Shown: piece after piece, positions 23,223 through 35,132 of the stretch
How positions within the stretch are numbered: position 1 is the stretch's first letter
Layout of the letters: every line of letters starts with the position of its first letter
Assembly (NCBI GenBank): GCA_010909165.1
Contig: VJWM01000301.1
Span: forward strand, 49,334-113,333
From: Anthoceros angustus
Lineage: Eukaryota; Plantae; Anthocerotophyta
Length of the DNA stretch: 64,000 nucleotides
Reading direction: 5' to 3'
Notes under the pieces: generated by a model
Seen by the model: only the letters and a program-made list of their open reading frames with translations
Told to the model about the DNA's origin: nothing
Databases searched by the model: none
Made by a program: the position numbers and the translations under genes

Positions 23223-26200
23223 TCCTCAAGAGGAGGCAAGGGGAAAAAGCCAGCAGGGCAGCCAGAGGGAAAGGCGAGCTTTGATGCCCCACCACTTGTT
23301 TTGCGGCTAACCCCGAGAGATTTGGTTGATTTTCAAGAATGGGCGAGGAGGAGAACATCCACCGATGGGTGGGCCGCCAATGGCCTACACCAATTTGGAA
23401 TTGATTGAGGAGTGTTTCATCAACCTCCATCAATCGGAAGCAGCCTGCCGCTATCGAAGGAATGCTCGAACGATCCTCGCTGCTGACCGTAAGCATTCAG
23501 TGTATGGAAGACCGAGGAGGAGAGCTCGGAATTGCTCTCGAAAGGTCGAATGGAGGGAAGAGGACGCCTCCAAATTCCGCAGAGTTCCTCGACATGATGG
23601 ATGGAGGAGTGAAGGCCCACGCCAAGAATGGCTGGAAGACCGAGCATCAAGGAGTCAAGTGGAGGCTCTTCAAAGATTGTGGTTGGTAAATTACCAACGA
23701 CTCTTATTTCAGACCAACTTCCTCCTGGAAGATTTCAAGGAGCCAAGCCGATTGGGGACTATCATGTATGAAGGCCTACATCCACCAGGAGAAGCTCTCA
23801 AGCCAAATGGATGAGGAAGGCCAAGGCCCTCGCTACCTTAGCACCTATTTGGTGCATTTGTGGGAAACCGAGGGACTTCTCACAAGCAAGGAGCTTGAAG
23901 ATGCTTGGCATCCCTGAGATAATCCATCTCCATTGCTTGGAAAGGCCTTGCCTTTGCATTGAGGAAGACAGTGGAGGTCGACTCCACAAGCATGCTAGGG
24001 CAAGGGGAGGGATGTGAGGCAACAAGGTTGCCGGAGTGGGAACTTTTCCCACAAGAGGAGGAGGAGAGGAAGTGAACCCGAGGAAGGCCGAATGGTAGTC
24101 TATGAGAGGAGGACTACCAGAGGGGTGATCCCAAGGGTGGGGAGTCCCCACCATCTCATTTGTGCCTAGGAGAGGCACCCCGCACTACCCTAGGGGAGGC
24201 GCCCCACCCAGGGTGGGCGCCATCGGTAGGGGCACCACCACCAGAGGGTAGGCGCATCACCGTGGAGCACCCACGCCTAGGGTGCAGCCTCACGTAGGGA
24301 AGGGAAGGAGAAGAGCAGGTGCGCCAGGCGCCCAGGCCGCCACCACTCCGCCCTGGAGGAGAGCGGATGGAGCGACGGTGAGGGACCCCACCGCCGATGG
24401 CCCGAGAGCAAGGGAGCTGGAAATTTCCAGAAGAAGAGGGGGGTGGAATTAGGACCCCTAGGAGAATTGGTTTGGCTGAGAAGCACTCAGCGTGGATTTG
24501 AAGGGGCTAGCTAGCAGCCTCCTTGGGCAAGGGAGGAAGAAGGCCCAAGACATGGAGAGCAGGACCAAATGGCAAAGGCCATGGAGTCCGACGAAGGCAA
24601 GGCAGCCAAGCCGAGAAGGTCGGAGAAGCTCCAGGATCTCGTGGACCATGGAGAGCGAGAAGGTCCTAGAGGGAGGTCAACATCAAGAGAGAGCCATTCG
24701 CAACAACCCAACGGACATGGAGTGTATATGAAGAGCATTTTGCCCAATTAGAGCAAGAGGCGAGGAGAAAGGTGGCGTCCAACAAATGGACGACAGAGCA
24801 GTGATGGCTACCCAAGCCATCAAGATCCGGACATGGAGGAAGAATTGAGAAGACCCGATAATGGAGGAGAAGGAGTTGGAAAGCTCAAGACCAGCAAAGA
24901 GTTGAGCGAAAAGGGTGCTGGCAAGAGGAGAGGAGAGCTTGCTAAATCGAGGAACAAAGGAGGTTCCAGAGGAGGAGTACCACAAGAAGGTGGTGCATGA
25001 TGCCGGTGGTGAGGAAGAGGAGATTTTGGGCGATTATGCCCTTCGTGCAAAATTGGCCAACCACCAAAGGAAGCAAGGAGGAGAATGTGACCTCCATGTC
25101 AAGGTGGGGAATTGACCACCTCAAGGGACGCCTACAAGGGTAGGTGTGAGGATGGAGAGTGGCCCACTGGAGATTGATGATCTCCAAATGCAATATCATA
25201 GCTTGGGGCTCACCTCCACAATAGATTTTGAAGGCCAACAATGAAGTCTTATGCTTGGCCAAGAGGAGGACATTGGGTCCTCATGATGATGATGAAGGAG
25301 CTGCAACAAGTGCAGCCAGAGGCCTCCGATTTTGATGAGGCCATCGACATGGACTCCGAGGAATCCGAGGAGAGGAGACGAGGAGGAGCGCGCCAAGAGG
25401 AAGATGGCGCAGAGCAAGGAGGGGGGAAAGCCCACCTCGGGGGTCAACCTACCATGGTGACCACTACCACGGTAGTCCGCTGACCACTGCAGACACACCA
25501 CGCCTAGTCCGCGATCACCGGGTAGGGTGCCCGGGCGTGAGGCTGAGGGCCGCGGAGGCCCGGGGGATGAAGGAGCCGGGGTCCAGTATACCCCAGGAGG
25601 AGGAGGTGGGGGGAGACAACCCCACCGGAGGAGACTAAGGACGGGTCCCACCCGAAGGAAGAAGGGGTGAGAAGTTCTCACCCACGATAAGGGAGGAGCC
25701 AGCCAGAGAGGAGACCAACGCAAAAGGCCCGAGATTAGTGACATCGGCCGACAATGGGGAGGAAGACTTTGAAATGCTCCATGATAGGTATGGACAAACC
25801 AAACGGAGGAAGGAGCAAAAGATCTCACCCAAGAGGAAATGGAGAAGAAGAAGGAAAAGGGACTACCATGGTAGGTCACTACCCCGAGTCCGCTGACTAC
25901 CGCGTAGGGTGCGGAACGGGCGACCAGGCGAGCCGGAGAAAAGGCGCCCAGGTGCGCGAGGGGCGCGATTGCGGAGATGAGAATTGGGGCGCCGCCTGGA
26001 GATGGAGGAAGGGGCAGATTGTACTTGCCCCACACAGGAAGATGACAAGATCCGGGAAGGGACAGAGCAAAAGGAGGGCGAGGGAGCCAATCCACAAGGA
26101 CACGCCGCCACCCCAGATAGACTAGAATGGTCAATGACCATAAATGAGCTTAGGAATAGAAGGATAGGTGTAGTCGACATCCTTAAGGATGATCTTAGGT

Positions 26201-27149
26201 GAAGTTAAGTTAGAATAGAATTTACCAAGGATCGCAGATTAGGTGCCGTATTAAATGTCGGTAGGAAATAATAGAATATTGGAAAAGGTGACCCGCAGAG
26301 GGTCACCTAAGGGAGGTTGTATGTGGAAGGCCTCCTATAAGAGGAGGAGGATTTCACAAAGTAAAGTATCACGCCTTTGCGCCCATACGCGAGTCCTTTG
26401 CCATTAGAGGAATTTCGTTTACCGTGAGCCAACGCCCCGTAGAGAGGAAGTCATGTGGTCTGAGTGCTTGGTGGAGGACTTGCTCACGCAAGTGCCTAAA
26501 CGAGTTGCTCCCTTGTGAATGGTTGGAAATTGCTTTGCTTTGGGTGTGTGGCAATGCCTGTGAACTCGGCTTGAGGGTAGACTACATGTGAAAGACTCGG
26601 AGGTTCTCGTCGTGTCAAACTCATAGCAACCGCCCAAGGAAGAACTTGCTGGTGGAGGCCGACCCACCAGTAAGGGCGTAAAGCCGAAGCCGAAGAACCG
26701 AGGTTAGAATAGGAGGAAGAGGATGAGAAGATGAGTAGAGGATTAGAGGTGTAGGTGTTAGTGGAAGGCCACAGTGCAGCCTAAGGGACGAATCCCAAAT
26801 CAAGTAAAAGAGCCCCCCGAGTGGAGAAGAGTGGTCTTAGAAGTAGGGACAAAATTGTGTGTGGATGTGGGGTCCCCGGCGCCCGTGATAGGCTCCTCCG
26901 CTAAGGCGTGGACCTCGCAATTGTGTTGTGTCGTAGGTCGAGGATTGGTGATTTTTCGAGCGGTGTGGTGCACTGCCAAGAGGGAGAGTAGAGGGCCTTG
27001 CTTGTTTAGAAGGTCGAGAAGTGTGTCACCGCAGTAGCGATCGTCACAGGCCTCGAACTTTCACACAAGTCTCATGGGACGAAACCCAACGACGTGGCGA
27101 AAGGATAAGTGTGCTAGAGGGAGGATCTCGAGCCCCGGTTTTCCCCACA
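23223..27149 (+). mobile_element. Athila-like family H, copy H1: extra ORF plus 3' LTR (26318-27149)
   Basis: Reverse-complement match to 30122-34130. PPT AAGGGAGGT then TGTATGTGG. Ends TTTTCCCCACA with no PBS following. Confidence 0.8.
23326..25400 (+). pseudogene. Family H extra (env-like) ORF, frameshifted
   Basis: ORFs 23326-23814 (YTNLELIEECFINLHQSE...), 24492-24751, 24915-25115 and 25241-25483; Glu/Lys-rich coiled-coil C-terminal part. Confidence 0.5.
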
Positions 27150-27899
27150 TCCATGCTCGTCAACCGTAGAGCATGCGTGAGGTGTGATGTCGTCAAGGTT
27201 CTCCACCTTACCAACTGCCTCCAAAACATCCTTTTGAATAGGCCGATTCTCGATGCGAGTTAGGGGGTCTTCATCCCGACAGCATTCAAGCAACCGCTCC
27301 TTGTCCGCTTGATACAGAAGCATGGTATATCCTCTAGCAACTCCGCACTGCTTGTTGTTTTTTTTTTTTTTTCTCCTCGTCCACTAGCCCACGCTCGAGA
27401 ACGACTCCTCTCGCTCGATGCTTGGCCTCAATGCCTTTTTCCTCCGCTTTATTTCCACTCACATCCATGCATGGAGGAGGCCGGCCCGGCCCCTCCGCCT
27501 CATCAACACCATCTCGTTGGCCTGTCAGGTGCTTCCTGTGAATGACCAGTCCGGGGCGCCGGCCTACGTGCAGGCCCCGCCCTTGGGAAGCGAACAAACC
27601 AATCCGGATCGGTCACCAAACCGAGTTGCCTTCTCTCGAAGGCGCTGGCCGGGCCGCCCTTCCACTCCTCCGCGCTCACCCCGCCGGGCTAGCACTGGCA
27701 TCCCTTGTCTCCACGATCGCGATCTCGCTCACAAGATCCGATTGATCATCATCGCTGCGTCTGAGAATATCGGAATAGGGCCATCTTCATCTTCCTGGCC
27801 CAAGCTCTTCCTTCTTCACAATCATCGGAGCTAGATGTTCCTCCTCAACTCGCACTGGGCTCGAGTGTGCCTTAGGGACATGACTCTTCCGTGGTCAAC

Positions 27900-28620
27900 A
27901 ACCATTGAGTTATTTCGCACAGAACGATGTATGCATTTCCAATTTGAGGCCCCTCCAGTTGACACAAAATTTGTGGTTAGTGATAAGGGCGAAAGCACCT
28001 ACAAACATTGCAGAGTTCTCACTAGCGCCAGAATGCATTCTGAACAATTACCGTTTGCTCTCGTCTACATTCGCGAAAGATTTGCACCAGCCTCTGGGGC
28101 TCGCATTTCTTGATGATCAGGTTGTTGAACCTAAGATCAAATGCCCTGTATAGCTCCGGCCCTTGTGGCACTTCATCAAACTCCTATGGCTTCGTTATAC
28201 AAAGCAGTTGCACCAGTGGGTCTCCTTGACACATGTCCAGGTTCGCCCAGACAACCCACCCAGCCCTCGCTCGCTGATTAGGCAAGGCATCCTTGTATCC
28301 CATGATCCACAACTTGAAGAGTGGTGTCCAGAAAATACCTGTCATCCCTCTGTCTAATTCTTGAACCAACATCCGCCTCCTTATCCAAAAGAGGTGTGGA
28401 ATCCATCTGCTCCAAGCCTTCGTATGTAGACAGCCTCCTCAAAGTAAGGGAGGAATACCACGCCTGCGCTTTGTCTCCTTGTCACCAAGGAAGACCTTTG
28501 GTTGTGCTAGCCTTACAAGTAAGGCTCCTGGATTTTGCCCGACGGCACCTCCTACCAATTGACCCAATCGCAAGCCGGGGCCCAACTTTGTCCATCGCCA
28601 TCGGGTCCTACACCTCCGCG
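27900..28620 (-). pseudogene. Possible degenerate retrotransposon gag fragment
   Basis: Manual translation gives GDKAQAWYSSLTLRRLSTYEGLEQ and EVPQGPELYRAFDLRFNNLIIKKCEPQRLVQIF, resembling gag core helices. Confidence 0.35.
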
Positions 28621-30121
28621 CCTTGAGGAGCATCCATGGCGCCCGCGAGATGCCTTCCCTTCCCGCCGCCGCGATCTCCTCACCTTCAGGGGTTAGGACT
28701 GTGGATTCTATCGCCTGTCCTTTTGCTCCTCACCCATTGTCATCTGCTGGAAGACCACCCAAACACATGTTGAAGAACGCAAGTCGGGCATAGAGGTGGA
28801 AGCTGGATGAGCAAACCCGCTTCATCCGACCTTTGTTCAGAAGGTTGGCAAGGCATGGCGAACATGGCGCTCGCTAATTGCTCCTGCTGCGGCGGCGACA
28901 GCATTCCTCGCAGTGCGCAAGCGAGAAACGCCCGCACGATCGTCACGACGCCGAATGGGGTGCACTTCACCAAGGTTCCATTCGCGACGGTGTTCGATGC
29001 ACATCGTGAAAAAGAGATGCTTCAATATCATGTCAATGCGATCCCCATAAAGTCGATGTATAGCAAACGCCTCGAAGACTCGATGGATCGGAAAGAAGGT
29101 ATAACCCTTCACAGCCGCAAGTATGACCCCAACAAAAATAGGGTTTAAAACATGTTTCACCATCATGGTAATCAAAATCCCCATAACGTCTACATCATTC
29201 CGTGTGGTGAGCTGAGCATAAATGCAATGTAGTTAAAGCTGCCGCCATTCCTTGTCACAGCTAGCGGCGCCGCATATCTAAGCCTGATACGCTATTAACG
29301 TCCATTTTTCCCAAATGATTGACCAAAGTTTGCCTTAACCTTGCATGGCGGCCACAAGGGTTTCAGGTTTGTCGGCCCGACACTTCATTTCGTCTGCGCG
29401 TTTTCCAGCCGGCCTTCACAGACATGTTGAATGCTACTCATCCTTTCGAAGGAGATGAGGTTTGGATTGTTTTGTTGTCAAGTTTCCGAGGTTTTGGGCC
29501 TTTAGATGCACACTATTTTCATCCAGGTGTATCACCTCCAGCAACAATGTTTTGCGACGGCGAGTGCAATTCAGCCGCTGAGGATGTTGCCCAAAGGAGG
29601 TTACTAAACGTGCCTCAAATGCCTGTGGTGTGGACCGCCTCCAAGGGCAACGCATTCCGTAGGTATAACCAGGAGAATCCAAAATTTTTGTTCCTACTCA
29701 ATTCCGCTCCCACATACCAATGCCTTTGCTTGCATTTGCACTCGTTCCGCCAGGGCACAATGGGCCCCGCCGGGTTCATCTTCACCATCCGTCCGAGGGG
29801 TGTGCCTCCCAGGAAACCTCAATTTGTAGTCGCTTAGATAGGAGCCCCTGGCCGACGCATGAGAATGTACAAAGTTGTGGACTGCTCCACCCGAGTAGGG
29901 AGGGCCTCAAGCATTGAGGCGCGACTTATTTCCTACTGGAGGAACGTGGGAAAGGTATCCTCCGGAAAAGTCACCGCTTTGACGAGAGGATGACGCCTTT
30001 CAAACACCGTAGGTGGACATGCCCCAAGAATCATACCATCCCAAGCCTTTGAGCAAAAGCTTGATACAACAAAGGCTCTTGTTTCATCCGTAAAAGACGT
30101 ACCGGTGTGCCGATGAGGAAA

Positions 30122-33100
30122 GGTAGGGAAACCCGGGCACCCCGAGGTCCTCCCACTATAGCGGCCACACTTATCCCATCGCCGCTCAGACGCTGGGTTT
30201 CGGCCCCATGAGACTTGTGTGAAAGTTCGATCCTGTGACAACTAATCGCTACCGCAGAGACACAACTTCTCACCTTCTCAACGAGCAAGGCGCCTACTCT
30301 CCCTCTCACCGATGCACCACTTGCAATCGCTCGAAAATCAAACCCTCGACCCATAACGACACAAAACAATTGCGGTGTCCCGCCTCAAGGAGGAGCCTAT
30401 CACGGCGCCTGTGGACCCCGATCCACACCGCGATTTCGCCCCTACTTAAGACCACTCTTCCACCTGTGAGCGCCTTTACTTGCATTTGGGATCTGGCCCT
30501 TAGGCTCGCTGGCCTTCCACCAACACCTACACTCTAATCCTCTACTCATCTCTCATCTCCTCATCTCCTCATCCTCTTCCTCCTATTCTAACCTCGCCTG
30601 GCTTCATCGGCTGACCGCCTTACGACAACCGCCTGGGTCCGGCCTCCACCAAAGAAGTTCTTCCTTGGGCGGTTGCTGAGTTTGACACCATGCCGCCAGT
30701 GAGTCTTTCCCGTAGTCTCAGCCGAGAGTTCTCGGGCATTTGCCACACACCCAAAGCAAAGCAATTTCACAACAACCATTCACAAGGGGAGCAACTCGTT
30801 TAGGCACTTGCTGAGCAAGTCCTCCACCAAGCACTCCGACCACCGCGACTTCCTCTCTACCGACGTTGGCTCACACACACGAAATTCCTCAGAATGGCAA
30901 AGGACTCGATGAGGGTGGAAGCGCAAGACATGATACTTTACTTTGTGAAATCCTCCTCCTCTTATAGGAGGCCTTCCACATACAACCTCCCTTAGGTGAC
31001 CCACCGCAGTCACCTTTTCCAATTTTCTATTATTTCCTACCGCCAAGATTTAATGTCCGCACCTAAGTCTATTGTCGATCCTTGGTAAATTCTATTCTAG
31101 TAACTTCACCTAAGACCATCCTTGAAGGATGTCGTTACATCACCGTCCTTCTATTCTTCTAAAGCTCATTTATGGTCATTGACCATAGTCCACCTTGGGG
31201 GTGGTGACATGTCCGTGGATTGGCTCCTCGCCTCCTTTTGCTCTGCCCTTCCCTCTGTCATCTTCCTGAATGTGGGCAAGTACAATCTTGCCCTTCCTCC
31301 ATCTCGGGCGGCGCCTGATTCCTCTTCCTCGCGCGCCCCGCGCCTAGCCTTTTTCTCCCCGCCGCCTGGTGGTCTGGTTTATCAAGACACGCGTAGTCCG
31401 GGCATCATCGGGTAGGTGACTACCTACCATGGTAGTCCGCCTCCTTCTTTCTCCTTCCTCTCCATCGATGTCTCGGGTGAGTCTTCCTCCTTGCTCGTTG
31501 GTTTGTCCATACCTATCATAGAGTCTTCAAAGAATCTTCCCCCATTGCACGCGCTACTAACTCCTTCGGGCCTTCTTGCTGGTCTCCTCTCCGGCCCCGG
31601 CTCCTCCCTTATCCGTGGAGGGAACTTCTCACCCTCCCTTCCTCGACGCCTGGACCCGCCTTAGTCTCTCCGGGGGTTGTCTCCCCACCACCTCACCGCC
31701 TAGGGGGTATACTACCGGACCCCGGCTCCTTCATCTCGCCAGCCTCCGGCCCGACTCCCAGCCCGGCCTGCGCACACTGTTCACCCCAGCGACCACGGGC
31801 GAGGTGGTCCCACCACGGTAGTCCGGCAGACTACTGGTAGGTGGTCACCCACCGGTAGGTTGACCCCGAGGGTGGGCTTTCCCTCCTTGCTCTGCGCCAC
31901 CTTCTACCTTTGGCGCCACGGCCGCTCCTTCGCCTCCCGACTCCTCGATTCCTGAGTCCATTTCACCGATGGCCTCATCAAAATCGGAGGCCTCTGCACT
32001 TGCGCCTCCTTTCACATCATCATGAGGACCCAATGTCCTCCTCTTGGCCAAACGCAAGATCTCATTGTTGGCCTTCAAAATTCTATTGTGGAGGTGAGCC
32101 CCAAGCTATGATATTGCATTTGGAGATCATCAATCTCCGGGCCACTCTCCATCTTCACACCTACCTTTGTAGGCCCCTTGAGGTGGTCAATTCCCCACCT
32201 TGACATGGAGGGTCACATTCTCCTCACTTGCCGGGCCAATTTTGCTCAAGCATAGTCCGCCCAAAACCTTCGCTCACCACCAAGATTCTGCACCACCTTC
32301 TTGTGGCGCCTCCTCTTGGAACCTCCTTTGTTCCAATTCGCCGGCAAGTCTCTCCTTCTCCACTTCACCACTCTCCTTCTTGCACCTGCCGATCTTGAGC
32401 TTCAGCCCGCTTCTTCCAAATTGAACCGATCCTTCTCAACTCTTCTTCCATGGATTTGATGGCTTGGTAGCCATCACTGCTTCGCGTCCATTTTGGACCG
32501 CTACCTTCTCCTTCCGAGAGCCTCTGCTTTGCCCTTTCGCTCTTGCTCTAATTGGGCAAAATGCTCCGCCTTGTCTCCATGAATCTTGGGTGGTTGCTCG
32601 ATGGCTCTTTCTTCGCTTGAGCCAACCTTCCCTCTAGGACTTTCTCCGCTACCGCTGATCCATAAGGTCGGAGCTTCTCACGCCTTTTCCAACTTGGCTG
32701 CCTTTTCTCGGACTCCATGGCCTCCAATTGCCACTTGGTCCCCGCTTCCTCCCGCCATGTCTTGAGATTTCACTCCTCTTGGCATGCCCACAAGGAGGCG
32801 CTAGGTCCCTAGCCCCTTCAAATCCACCGAGTGCTTCACAAGCACCCAAAGAATTCTCCTAGGGGTCCTAATTCCACCCCTCTTTCTTGCTGGAAATTTC
32901 CAGCTCTCCCGCACGGCCATCGCGCGGGCGGTCCTTCACTGCCGCTCCATCCGCCTCCCACCCGGAGATGGTGGTTGCGCCGCCGCGCCTGTTGCTTCTC
33001 TTCCCCGCCAGAGGGCCGCCCGCCAGGGGTGCCTACCACTGCAGGGCCGCCCCTACCGCAGTCCGCCTACCTACCATGGTAGGTGACCGCTACCACGGTA

Positions 33101-34800
33101 GGCTGCCCACCCCTTGGGTAGACCGCCTCACCGGTAGGACGGGTGCCTCTCGTAGGCACAAAGGAGATGGTGGGGACTCCCCACCCTTGGGTCACACCCT
33201 CCCGTGTAGTCCTTCTCTCATAGACTCACCATTCGGCCTTCTCGGCCTCGCTCTTCTCCCTTGCTCCTGTGGGGAAAAGATTCCCACTCCAAACCTTGTT
33301 GCCTCCAATCCTTCTCCTCTTGCTTCTAGCATGCTTGTGGAGGTCGACCTCCCACCGCCTTTCCTCAATGCAAAAGGCAAAGGCCTTTCCAACTGGAGAT
33401 GGATGACCTCAAAGGATGCCATGCATCTTCAAGCTCCTTGCTTGTGAGAAGCCCTCCGCTTTCCCACAAAATGCACCAAATAGGTGCGAGGTAGCAAGGC
33501 CGGGCCTTCCTCATCCACCGAATTTGGCTTGAGGAGCTTCTCTCGATGGTGGATGTACGCTTACATAATGGTTCCCCAATCCGCTTGGCTCCCATGGAAA
33601 TCTTCCACAAAAATTGGAGGAAGTTGGTGCTGAAATAAGAAGTGCGTTGGTAATTTACCAACCCCAGACACTCCGAAGAGCCTCCACTTCAGCCTCCTTG
33701 ATGCTCTCGCTTTCCACCATTCTTGGCGTCCTTCACTCCTCCATCCATCATGTCAAGGAATTCTGCGAATATCGGAGAGGGTCGTCCTCTTCCTCCATTC
33801 GACCTTTCGAGGAGAGCACCCGAGCTCCTCCTCCGGCCTCCATACACTGTCGAATGCTCCTTACGTCCAACAATGGGATCCGTCGAGCATTCCTCCTAAG
33901 CGGCAGGGCGCTTCCGATTGATGGAGGTTGATGTAACACTCCTCAATCAATTCCAAATTGGTGTAGGCCCATTACGGCCATACACCCATCCGGATGTTGT
34001 CTTCTCCGCCACGCCGAAATCCACTAAATCGGGGTTGAGCCGTCGCAAAACACGTGAATTGGGGCATTACAAGCTCATTTCTCGGCGGCAGCCTCTGCCC
34101 GCTTTTCTTCTTGCCTCTTGCGAGGAAGAACTGCGGCTCCTTCCCTTGCTCTTCCTGAGGCATGGCATGGCACCCTTACTCCATGAAGAGAATTACTTTC
34201 CAATTCCAAGCGTGCTCCAAATCTTCACTCCCAAGCACTCCTTCCTTGTCACTGGAGCAACACCCAACCAGGCACAAGTATGCCTAGCCCGGTTGAACTT
34301 TCCGCCGCCAATTTCCTTCGCGATTTCTCCTGGGCAGGCGCGCCGGCGAAATCGGGGAGCTCCTTCCGCTTTTTCGACTTTCCACCTTCGCTTCAGCCTG
34401 ACCGGGGCCCTCCGGTCTGCTCTCGCTTCGCTTGGCGCTCACCGAGCACGAGAAGACTCCCACGCTCCGAGGGATGTTTTTCCGCCCGCCACGCTGCTAG
34501 GGCTTCCTTCCCTTCTTCACGCGGACGCCTCTTCCTCTTGGGCGATGGCGCTGGCGATGGCGATGGCGCACACTTCTCCCTCCTTTTCCTTCTCCTTGTG
34601 GTTACGCTCCAGCTTCAGTCTCGCGAAGTGAAGTTGGCTCAGTTCGAAGGGAAAGTTGGCGCTGCCCAAATTGCACTTTGCCCTCTTCGGATTGCTGCCA
34701 CCTGGAGAGTTCCCAACCCTAGATCCGGTTCAACATCCTAAATGACCAAGCCTGCCTAAATTACCTACCTTCCTGCCCTAAAATCAATTACCTTCTAATT
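30122..34800 (-). mobile_element. Athila-like family H, copy H2: extra ORF plus 3' LTR (30122-30984)
   Basis: Inverted copy of H1 extending further upstream; interrupted at 34801 by the Sola-like element. Confidence 0.8.
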
Positions 34801-35132
34801 AATTCTATTGGTCTGCTTCCCTATTGGTGAGCATATATAGTGGATATTCCCCTTATATTCATTGCTTTTCCCCGGCGAGATTCCGTCACCTACATGTAGT
34901 CCGCCACCATCATGTGGTCCGCTTTTCTCGACTACCGTGTGTGGCGGCACCATGGCCAGTCCGCCTACCTTCACTGCCCTCCCCGCCTCGGGGGTCATTT
35001 CGACCCATTCTTCCTCCCCGATATATCCTTTTCACTCCCTAACCACATCCTACAACTCCGCTTCAAGATTCTCGTTTCGACATGCTCCTCTTGATCGTTT
35101 AGCCAAAAATCAAACTTGTTCGTCTCGGCTCT

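Noticed and set aside
19196-25400. True retroviral envelope genes
   Set aside because: No signal peptide, furin site or clear transmembrane helix was seen; 'env-like' is positional only.
22067-34741. Numerous Pro/Ser/Leu-rich ORFs
   Set aside because: They are antisense or off-frame readings of the purine-rich H extra ORF and UTR.
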